A stretch of DNA of 64,000 bases from Ministeria vibrans ATCC 50519 (Eukaryota > Protista > Filasterea): contig CALSCP010002097.1 in NCBI GenBank assembly GCA_943704425.1, positions 1 to 64,000 of the forward strand. Direction: 5' to 3'. The notes under the pieces are model-generated. The model had not been told where the DNA came from. It worked only from the letters and a program-made list of their open reading frames with translations, and ran no database searches. Of the stretch, positions 26,401 through 35,483 are shown in pieces (position 1 is the first letter of the stretch; each line of letters opens with the position of its first letter). The translations under genes and the position numbers were made by a program.

Positions 26401-27318
26401 AGACGCGGCGACATCGCAGGCACCTGCAGCCCAGCCACAGGCGGGCGCGTTGCAGGCGGCCAAACAGGTGTCGGAGTGCGAGAGGGTGGCGCACAGATCG
26501 TGAGAGGGGCACGCACCGAGTGGCTGCCAATCGTCGACGGTTGCACAGGTGGGATCGGTGGGACAGTCGCTGTTGCCGCAGCGTGACAGTTCCTCGGGGG
26601 TGCACGTACCGTCGTTGTAGCGGGCACGACAAAAGTCAGCCTCGGCACAAGCAAGCCAAGGGTCGTCGGCGGCGGCGCAGTCGCCGCCGTCGTACAGGCA
26701 TGCAGCGAGGTTGCAGAGCGGATCGCACACGCCGTCGCCGTAGCGTTGCTGACAGTAGGTGACGTTGGGGCAGGCGACCCATGAGGGTTCGGCCATGCTC
26801 GCCGGGCTCCACTCGAGGCAGTCGAAACCGTCCCAAAGGCAATCGGCGTCGCGACATTCGGCGTCGCAATGGCCGTCGGCAAACCGCAGCTGGCAGTGAG
26901 CGCGAAGAATAGCGGGGCAGTTGTCCCAGGCGACATGTGGCGGCGGCGTCGGCGTGGACGCGGTGGTGTTGAGCGCCTCGGAGCAGGCGCCATTGTCGTA
27001 GTTGCAGTGGACGTTGAGACAGCGCGAATCGCAGACGCCGTTGCAGGCAAGCGCGATACATTCGGTGCGCAGAGGGCACGCGGACATGGCACTGGAGCAG
27101 TCGAGACGTGCCTCGTTGAGGTGACAGCTGTTGCCGACCGCAAAGTTACAATCGGCGACGGTGGGAATGCCGAGGTTTGAGGTGTCGCGCCGGACGCGAC
27201 CCATCTCCCGGCCGACACGCGTCTCGTACATGTCCACCACGCCGTGTGCCTCCCACACAAAACACTGCAGTGCCATGCAGAGAAGCACCACGGCGCGAAA
27301 GGGGCTGTGAAGGCGCAT
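23413..27318 (-). CDS. Notch-like receptor without EGF repeats (SP, ~5 LNR, NOD/NODP, TM, 7 ANK, PEST), intronless
   Basis: LNR such as CQQRYGDGVCDPLCNLAACLYDGGDC; NOD-like LAVVLAMSPQTF; TM followed by KRSRK; ANK TALHWASAL, LHLAAREG, ERHHPDVVSLLND. Confidence 0.9.
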   Translation of the reverse strand: MRLHSPFRAVVLLCMALQCFVWEAHGVVDMYETRVGREMGRVRRDTSNLGIPTVADCNFAVGNSCHLNEARLDCSSAMSACPLRTECIALACNGVCDSRCLNVHCNYDNGACSEALNTTASTPTPPPHVAWDNCPAILRAHCQLRFADGHCDAECRDADCLWDGFDCLEWSPASMAEPSWVACPNVTYCQQRYGDGVCDPLCNLAACLYDGGDCAAADDPWLACAEADFCRARYNDGTCTPEELSRCGNSDCPTDPTCATVDDWQPLGACPSHDLCATLSHSDTCLAACNAPACGWAAGACDVAASREAPVPLAVVLAMSPQTFMHAIGDFRVHFGRLLGGPVHVWNVVTFLPDAAALDTYLRNGSGFAGDTLRMLTTSNASSTHETLVMFNVTLTDATSQLASSLDMQNFLNAAYSSGVLTQANAGFPLSHAFSLLPSDLSLSGQWTQARAPSSASSGVGSATVVGSVVGALVACILALFLVVGMLKRSRKAAFGGDGRRITSQSALYNSNDNDDYDAYSEDTQELIMNEVSSSSSPDGVRGSINGGGSGGGGLRARFRKRSRVDTPENASLRTSLMSSAPLPLPSSAGLRAAVEAAAGPSDTAFMQMLHGNDFEAFLDHSTALSPSPKRPSLSHSGDIDHPHFNLSDDERVSDATDDGSSSYDTLLVGGPQHQEAGSAMLVEESEIDTSSLRPTPILLSSPTPTRHSDPTTTATSATTAAASAIGATPLSASTSVSISRDTLSTHSATSSTSHQPNIKTNLATGVLSAKDAETARRNRLLIEDQQRRVRERHARELLHAVRVNDADSIAKKYLQGSGTSAPPDGKQSFVFAQLYHDATSMLTETGWTPLHTACHYGNADVVRVLLGGRVNPNVPARDGRTALHVAAAHGHADCIHELLCVPSIKVNQRCRHGSTALHEACRLGDVHGIDQLLQAGININTATRDGETATMAALKLGNAVCAMRLLRAGANPCLRDDKMWTALHWASALGLFPCARHIAQMSSMDINGRTSHGNTSLHLAAREGHADVVRILLMRFAVRDVENDDQKTPMMLAVERHHPDVVSLLNDWSLSLTTQNGSSPPPPSATNSNSGSAGGSVKATNTTTTTASSSTRPRQHARKGSDDNRSSARHSVLSNSTVTSSSTDTAEYAEATATTALTLKREPEEETSALSPQLLSPGGGDVYESASMASTMLDRSPAGPTACGEDFHSGASTTSSMSPPHSTLLVRRIMPQSPTHPLVLHADTNSENLVFAEGPSPSTSLDDHDVPGSDVALNITEGDSSDHIDQILNFFDANPVETFI

Positions 27319-27541
27319 TGGGACGAGGAGGCAAAGCTGAACCGCAAAAGTTACACGGATCTGTGTCGCCTTTGTCCAATCTTAAAATCGCTCACGAGCG
27401 CGCGTAGACGATTCAGGCAAAAGGTGATTTGTAGCTCAGGTGACCCACGACCGAAAGGAAAGGCAAAGAATGATATTGATTTGTATTTTTCATTCTTCAT
27501 TTTTTTTTTTTTTGCGCGATGATTATCATTTTTTTAAAAAA

Positions 27542-28282
27542 ATGCCGCAAATCTTTCGAATTGTTGTGTTGTCCGACACACATATGCACCATGACAAGCT
27601 GGTAGTTGAGGACCTGCCAGCAGCCGATGTACTGGTGCATTGCGGTGATTTCACGGCGTACGGTCGAGCGACTCATGCGCTGTCGTTCCTCGCCTGGATC
27701 AAAGCCCTTCCTGTCGATATGTACACACACAAAATCATGGTACTGGGCAATCATGAGCTGCCACTTCGTCATGAGTGGGGCATTGAACGAATACGAGCGG
27801 AATGTGCAGCGGTAGGCGTAGTGTTACTTGAGAATGAAAGTGTGACCATTGACGTGGGCGCCGACACGCCTCTCGTCATCCACGGCGCCCCGTTTGTGCC
27901 GGAGCACGGGGCTGGCGCACACAGCGTCTCGGCCAAAGCCCGGGCGGACGTTCTCGTGACGCACAACCCGCCTGCGGGCTGTCTCGACGGCGGAACGGGC
28001 GCAGCGACGGTGCGCAAGTTTATTGTGCAGCACCAGCCTGTGCTCGCGCTCTTTGGGCATGTCCATTCGCAACGGGGCGCTGTGCACGCGTCCGCTGTCT
28101 GTCGTACAACCTTTGTCAACGCTGCCATGTGTGGTAGCGGACGACACGAGCGGACACTGGTGCACGGTGCGGTCCTGTGTACGCTTGAGAGGGTACGCGA
28201 CTCCCATGCGACAGGCTGGTCCTGCTCCTCTGTCAAAATGATTGATCGTCCGTCGACTGAGTCGAGTGCGAAACAAGACTGA
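27542..28282 (+). CDS. Metallophosphoesterase (MPPED/239FB-like)
   Basis: SDTH, HCGDFT, GNHE, THNPP and FGHVH motifs. Confidence 0.9.
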   Translation: MPQIFRIVVLSDTHMHHDKLVVEDLPAADVLVHCGDFTAYGRATHALSFLAWIKALPVDMYTHKIMVLGNHELPLRHEWGIERIRAECAAVGVVLLENESVTIDVGADTPLVIHGAPFVPEHGAGAHSVSAKARADVLVTHNPPAGCLDGGTGAATVRKFIVQHQPVLALFGHVHSQRGAVHASAVCRTTFVNAAMCGSGRHERTLVHGAVLCTLERVRDSHATGWSCSSVKMIDRPSTESSAKQD

Positions 28283-28301
28283 AACGAATTACGAAACTGA
28301 G

Positions 28302-28417
28302 TCTTCATTGTAGTATGACTGAAGAAGAAAAAAAGAATGTGTATACAAGTACGAAGGGATCTTCATTGTAGTATGACTGAAGAAGAAAGAAAGAATGTGT
28401 ATACAAGTACGAAGGGA
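28302..28417. repeat. 58-bp tandem duplication between convergent 3' ends
   Basis: 28302-28359 and 28360-28417 differ at one base. Confidence 0.9.
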
Positions 28418-28471
28418 AAAGATACGAAGAAATCATATAGAAGCACAGGGACAAATAGACGCGTTCACCAG

Positions 28472-29320
28472 TTACCACTGACGGTTGATGTCGGGATCAA
28501 CGGGTGCCTCGAGGGGAGCGAGTGCGGCGGCGCCGGCGAGAGCAACAAGAGTGATGAATTGCGCATAGACACGAGCGTGCATGAGCTTGCGATCAAAGGC
28601 GACGCGCTTGTCGCGGAAGGAGTAGGCGATGGAGCCCACCATGGACGACGCCCAGATGGCGATGACAAGAGGTGTCTTGTTGACCGACAGCCACTGGACG
28701 GCAGGGTGGCGACGCTCGTGCACCTCCGTCAGTTGACGCTGCTTCTCTTCTCGCGAAAGTTGCGTGTGGTCCCGAATGGTCGCCGGATCGGCATGCGCCA
28801 ACTCTCTACGAGCCGACTGCATGAACTCTTCCGCGCCAGTAGCACTGCAGCCAATCGTGACCACTAAAAAAGAAAAAAACTCGTTAGAAAAACTCGCACT
28901 TGACAGGCGCAACATCAATTCAGAATCCACACGCCACACACACAGCACCAGGACCATGCTGTAAACCAATCACGACACAAAGGGGAGCGAAAACGCGTGC
29001 AGACACACAAAAGAAGGGCGATCGGGGAGGGGATGACAGAGGGACCCTACTTGCAACCATGCCGAGGCGCATTGTGAGCGGTGCCTTGGCGTAAATGGTG
29101 TGGCGGTGGCGCAGCACTGCGTGTAACACACCACTGATGCCCAGGCCTATGGATGCCCCGACCGCTGCGCCCCTGATCGACGCATTGTCACTGTGGCGAC
29201 ACAGAACGGAAAAGAAGAAAAAACGCCGATGTGAAAAAAGTCCGATTTGACGAGTGTGAGTGTGTGCTCCTCGTGCTTCCCGTACAGAATAGATTCTTCG
29301 CCCTCCTTGAAAATACGCAT
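28472..29320 (-). CDS. HIG1-domain protein (Rcf2-like respiratory supercomplex factor), 3 exons
   Basis: MRIFKEGEESIL|DNASIRGAAVG at the N-terminus; HIG1 motif KLMHARVYAQFITL. Confidence 0.8.
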
Positions 29321-29542
29321 GGTTATGAGTTCTGACTGGTATGAAAGGGTTGTAGTAAACAAAAAGTGTAAAAAAAAATTATTTTTGAAAATTGAAGTCA
29401 TCAAATCAATGAATATCACAAAGGAAGGGAACTGGAAAGCGATCGCCAATTCGCCAATTATTTTTATTGACTTATAATTATAGACCAATTTGTTTGCCTT
29501 CAAAACTCAAAAGTCACCCTCACATAAGTCACTAAAGTCTAA

Positions 29543-30481
29543 ATGGGCTGCGGCGCGTCAAAAAACGATATTGAAGCGCAAGATGCGCCATTGAAGAAAT
29601 CCAAGTCGAATCTGAAAGAGGATGCCGCGGCGAAACAAGGTTTGGCACCACAGCTACATACTTGAGAGTCACACGCCATTGATGAATCTCGTAATGTGGC
29701 GATCAGCGAAATCCAAGTCGTCCGTCAAAAAGGCGTCGAAAAAATCGCCGCCGGACGAAAGAAGACGCTCCAGCACAACACAAGCACCCGTAGCATTTGA
29801 TATTGTTCTTGGTAAGTAGTGCTCAACGCGGTGCTTGCGGCGTATGGCTTTGAATTTTGCGCGTTGCCCCTGACAATAACGAACAACATACGTCAATTGG
29901 TGCCCGTGCCCAAGAGAGAAAATAAATCACAATGCTCGCCTTGGGCGTAAAGTTGCTTGCGCCAACTATGGCTCGGTGCTTTTACAAGCGTACAAGCCCA
30001 TTTAGTTTGCGTTTTTGATGGTGTGGTGGTAAAGTGGAATCATACTGATTGTGTCGGGTTCTCTCTCGTGTTGCCAGGGGATACAAAGAAGGCGGCGCGA
30101 AAGCCCGATTTGTCATTGGGAAAGGTTGACAGGGCCACCAAACTCACACCAGAGATGCTGGCACAAAAGCAAAAAGATGCGGAGCGTCGCCGAAAGGTAA
30201 GATGAAAAAATATTATGTTGTTTCTACATTTTTCTCTCTCGTAGGCGGCAGAGAAGAAAAGACAGGAGCGAGCGTCGCAACGGACAAAACGGGCGCAACA
30301 GATGCGAGCACGCGTCAAAAAGGAGGCAGCAGAGTACGGCGAGGACAGCGAGGACAGCAAGAGTGCTGAGACGAGCGACTCGGAGTCAGAGGGGAGAACA
30401 AAGCACACGACGAACAAGACCAAGCGCGGTGTGATCAAGGCAAAGACGGGCGAGGATGTCCTTGACATTGACGATTTGTAG
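29543..30481 (+). CDS. Stathmin-domain protein (STMND1-like), 4 exons, 185 aa
   Basis: Exons 29543-29639, 29707-29811, 30078-30196 and 30245-30481 splice in frame; MGCGAS N-terminus; PVAFDIVL and LTPEMLAQKQKDAERRRK resemble stathmin GQAFELIL and LSLEEIQKKLEAAEERRK. Confidence 0.7.
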
Positions 30482-30539
30482 TAGTACGAGGAGAACTTTT
30501 TTCATTTTTTTGTACATTATATTGTTGTTTCGACTGTGA

Positions 30540-31561
30540 TTATGAATCCGGCGCGCTCCACATTTTAAGGGTACAGTCATACGAAGCAGAAGCAATATAT
30601 TTACCCCCTAAATACACACATACACATGTACGCGAATGAGAATGAGAAGTAAAAAAAAAAATAAAAATAAAGAAAGAGACATACCGCGGGCAATGTCGAC
30701 GGCCATCACCTTGCCATCGTGGCCGACGAGAGCCTTAAGGGGCGCCCAGGTGGGAGAGGCCCATGCGCGAATCTCACGGTCATAGCTGGCGGTGACGAGG
30801 AAGCGACCATGCGTCTGCTCGTACTTGACGGCACTCACAAGCGACGTGTGAGCGGGAAGGGTGTAGACGGTGCGGTTCTGTCGGAGGTCCCAGATGCGCG
30901 CTGTGTGGTCTTCTGAGCCCGTTGCAACGTGGTGCCTGAGCAAGTTGGAATGTGACGTGGACTCAGTGTCAGAAAAAATCGGCTCTCTCCTCTATGTGCT
31001 TCTCTATCACTTTGTTTCTCTCTCTCTATCACTTTGTTTCGTTCTCCCTCCCTCCTCACTCTCTCTTGTTTTGTACCCGTCGGGTGAAAAGTCAATGGCA
31101 AGAACTGACTTGATGTGACCCTCCAACAGCGACACACACCGCCCAGTCCGTAAGTCCCAGATCCGTCCATAACCATCCAATCCCCTTCAAATTCACATCA
31201 AGAGTCAGTCAAACAGCTCACTTTGTTTCCCTCCACTCCTTCTGTATTATTCGTACGATGTAGCTACGAGTGATCCGTCGCGGTGAAACGCCAGTCCGTA
31301 CACTTCGCGCGAGTGTCCCTCCTGATGAAGCAACTCGGTTTGTGTCCGCAGGTCAATCAGACGCCATGACTGATCAAAACTGTAGAGCAAAAGTGAGAAT
31401 GAGAGAGTGAGCGGCCTATCAGGTTTATGGTGCAGTGTACCAGGAAGCACCGAGAAAGTGGCCGGACGGGTGAAAGGCAACACGAGCAACACGACACCCC
31501 AGATTAGATAGCGAGTGCAGTGGCGTTTCCCTATAATTAATGCAAGACACAGAACATTATC

Positions 31562-31643
<82 letters not shown>

Positions 31644-32841
31644 ATCACCACAACGACACCCCCTTTCTTTTCCTTGCTTTACTTGACATGGTCCCATAGC
31701 AAGAGAGAGCCGTCCGCCGCACACGACGCCAGTGCGACTGTACTGCTCCCGCTCGGCTCCCACACCACGCCGCCCACTCGGTCACCGTGTCCCCGCAGTG
31801 TCCGCCCCGCCGTACAGTCCGGCACACTCCACAGCTTTACCAGTCCTGTGAATCCTCCACTCGCCAACTGCGTCGCATCCGGAGAAAATTCGCAAAAGGA
31901 CAGTGGTCGTGTGTCGCCAATTTGACTACAGTAGTTGGTCACACCCTACACAAACGTGGTGTCAACGAGACTCAATTCTTTTCCCTCTGGCTGTCTCTCT
32001 GCCTCAGACACCTCCCCTTCCCTTCTTTGGCCTACCTTGAGATTTCTGTGCAATGTCTGAATCTCGGCAGCGCGCTTTGACGCCTCTGTGGTGGCCAACT
32101 CACGACGCTGCGCGACCAGTCGGTCACGCGCGCGCTCAAGCGAGTACACAGCAATCTCCCGTCGTGCCTCTACCAGCGCACCCGATCCCTCGTGAAACCA
32201 TGCCTCCCTTGTCAATTGTGGTGCGCCCTCGCCCGATTCGTCGCTCGCATCAGGACCTGCGGCTATCAGAGAGATCGAACAGAACACACAAGTCAGTGCG
32301 TCGCTTGGCTGGTTTCCCCTCTGTCGATGCCAACACACACACACACACTCACACACACACACACACTCTCTCTCTCTACCTGTCGCAGCCGCATCAAAGT
32401 CTCCATGCTCCGTCATGAGCCCCCTCAGACGCTCGCGGCGCGATGCCTTGTCCTCGGCAAAGTACGTGACAGGCTCGCCGTAGTGGCGCAGCAGCGCGCG
32501 CACGTCTTCGTCTTTTGTCGGCAATGCCATTTTTCGTGATTTGACTCTGTGAGTGTACAAAAACACGAAAAAAAAAAAAAAAAACGATAAGCGCGCATGA
32601 ACATAGCATACACATAGACACACACAAACACACAGAGAATGTCCATGCGGACAGGGTGCGCGCGAGGCGACGGCGCGGCGCTGTGTGCGTCGTACGTGCG
32701 TTCAAACGACTCCTTGATCGCCTCGTCCTCCTCCAGCAAGTGCGCCGACGTCAGCGGCAATCGTTCGCCATCTCCCCCATCAATCTCCATTGCAGAGTTG
32801 TCTGCCGCAGCAGAACTTGCCGCTGCCACCGGATCGCTCAT
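30540..32841 (-). CDS. PRPF4: U4/U6 snRNP protein Prp4 (WD40), multi-exon
   Basis: SFM motif [22 protein letters not shown]; [15 protein letters not shown]; [12 protein letters not shown]; WD repeats. Confidence 0.95.
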
Positions 32842-32944
32842 GTGTTAAAATATTAGTTTTTAGTCAAATTTCGATTTTCGACTAGTAATTAATTTTATTC
32901 TTTTCTCTCATGCTCGCGTCACCTTTCACTTTGCTCGCGTCATT

Positions 32945-33124
32945 ATGCTGAAGAGACACTTAAATAGACACGTGATAGCGGCCATGTCGGGTGGAGTTGA
33001 TTCGGCGGTTGCTGCGCTGCTGTGCAAGACAAAGTCGTCCCAGTCGCTTCAGGGAGTCTTTATGCACAACTGGGACGAAATCGAAGAGAACGGCGCGTGC
33101 ACGAGCGACGCCGACTTTGCTGAG
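32945..33124 (+). CDS. TRMU: tRNA 2-thiouridylase MnmA/TRMU, first exon only
   Basis: [14 protein letters not shown]-loop and GVFMHNWD; the rest of the gene is absent after the (GA)n run. Confidence 0.8.
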
Positions 33125-33136
33125 GTACACACGTGG

Positions 33137-33245
<109 letters not shown>

Positions 33246-33324
33246 AGTGATAGAGAGAAAGAGAGAGAGAGAGAGAGTGTGTGTGTGTGTGTGTCGATGT
33301 CTGATCCCTGTGTGTAGTTCACAG

Positions 33325-33718
33325 TTTCGCTACATTGTCAATGAGAAGGCGCGTGACTCTGACCTGGGGCGCATTTGCGCTGAGACATGGAAGGCACTCG
33401 AGCGAGAACCCAACACAGACCGACTGGTAGAGAAACAGCGACTCGGAAATATGATTACTAAGAGGATTTTTTGGGGCGCAGCGCATGACACAGAGTGGTA
33501 TGACACGCACACTGCACCAGAGCGCAAGAGAAGCACCATTGAATATTGTGACGCTTGTGCTGCACTGCGCTGAGGGCGACAACACGCCTGACGGCCACGC
33601 CATGGCCCAAGCTGCGGCTGCCCTTGCCCCATCCCTGCTTACCATCGACCACTGGGCGGCACCCCTCTCGTGGCATGTGCTTTATGGCGCTCAGCCCGCA
33701 GCGCATTTGTATGATTAA
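33325..33718 (+). CDS. PSMG2: Proteasome assembly chaperone 2, C-terminal part only
   Basis: FRY.., SGMTRTL, HCAEGDNTPDG and WAAPLSWHVLYG match recalled PAC2 FVSEGDNIPDA and WKIPSSWRLLFG. Confidence 0.75.
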
Positions 33719-33964
33719 ACAAACTTACCGTTTCATGTATCAGCGTCTCGTTCCGCGCGATCAACCTCGCTCGCCCCTAGGAGCAAGCGAGGCCTCCTTA
33801 ATAAAATATAACTTGGATAAGATCACAAGACGTATTACTCCCGTATCCTATATAATTTCCTCTTACTGAGAATCACCTGAGAATAAATAATCGCAAGTTC
33901 GCAAATTACTTGCTGATAATTAAAAAATTAATATTGATAATATTATTATTTTTTTAGTTTGTTT

Positions 33965-35280
33965 ATGATTGCTCGACTCGAATTTTTCATCGCCATCGCC
34001 ACCTTGGCGACCTTGTGCTCAAGCGAGCACGTGCCGGCGGACGCCCTGCTGCAGAAAAGCGTTGTTCAGGTGTCGAAGGGCGTTGAGTTTGTGGGCGAGC
34101 AGTACGCGCACGACCCGGACCGCACGGCCAAGAACACGGCCACCGGCCAGTGGGAGTGGTCGTCGAGCACTGGCTGGACCTCGGGGTTTTGGCCGGGTAC
34201 ACTGTGGCAGTTGGCAAACTACACAGGTGAGACGACGAGACGCATTTGTGCTGTGACTCTTCAGTGTTTTGGTTTCATTTGTAGACTCCAAAGCACTCTT
34301 TGACAAGGCACACTCGTTTACTCTCGAGCGCGCGAGCGAAGCGAACAACACCGGCACCCACGACGTGGGCTTTATGGTCTTCTATAGCTTCGGAAAAGGG
34401 CTTGAATTGGCGCGGGGCTTCCTGGACGCCTCGCAACAGAGCTACTACCAGTCTACCATTGTGCAGGCGGCACACTCGCTGTCGACCCGCTGGAGCCCCA
34501 TTGTACGCATGTTGCGTTCGTGGGGCAGTGTCACGGACACTCAAAAGTTCGAGGTGATCATCGACAATCTCATGAATCTGGAGCTTCTGTTTTGGGCGGC
34601 CAAGACAAGCGGTAATCAGACCTTCCACTCCATTGCACACGAACACGCACTGCGCACCGGCCAGTACTGGATCCGCCCCGACGGCTCCACCTACCACGAA
34701 GTTATCTTCAACCCGGAGACGGCAGCAGTGCTCTCGCGTACAGGCACGCCTCAGGGCTATGCAGCCAACAGCACCTGGGCGCGCGGTCAAGCCTGTACGT
34801 TTCAAATTATTAACATACACCTCACAACCACCATCTATATATACACACAATATCATCTCTTTTCTCTTAGGGGGCATCTATGGCTTCACAATGGCCTACC
34901 GCTACACACGTGACCCGCAACTGCTGGCATACGCTGAGACCGTCGCCGCCTACTACATTGCTAATGTGCCGTCAGACCTTGTGCCCAAATGGGACTTTGA
35001 CGTGCCCCCACCGGGTGACTATCGCGACACGAGTGCCGCCAGCATTACCGCAGCCGGCTTGTACGAGCTGGCACACTTTACGGGCAACAGCACCTACCGC
35101 ACCATCGCCGACTCGACACTTGTTAACCTATCGTCCGCCAAGTACACAAGCGCCCCGTCTGCGTCCATGGCCATCCTCAAGGAGAACGCTCACGACTGCC
35201 AGGACCCTCTTTGCACCATTATTGAGTCCGACTATTACTATGTTGAAGCCCTCCAGCGCGTTCGTCGTCTCCAACAATAA
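33965..35280 (+). CDS. GH88 unsaturated glucuronyl hydrolase, secreted, 3 exons
   Basis: WTSGFWPG, THDVGF, IIDNLMNLELL, WARGQA|W, RDTSAASI and DYYYVEAL. Confidence 0.92.
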
Positions 35281-35447
35281 ATGAAAAACAAACAAACAAA
35301 TATGTCTTCAAAATTGTGGAGGCAATAATAATTATATTATGTAAATTATTGTATTTATGTATGTATGTTGTATGTAGATGTGTGTGTATGTGTGTGTGTG
35401 TGTGTGTGTCTGTTGGTTGTGCGCGTCAAACACGCAGGCTATCATCA

Positions 35448-35452
35448 TCAAA

Positions 35453-35483
<31 letters not shown>

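Noticed and set aside
25731-27347. 538-aa alternative-frame ORF over the Notch-like gene
   Set aside because: Expected from GC-rich codon bias; low complexity and no motifs.
33325-33430. HMG-box-like exon (LGRICAETWKAL)
   Set aside because: Better explained as PSMG2, given the downstream EGDN and W..P.SW motifs.
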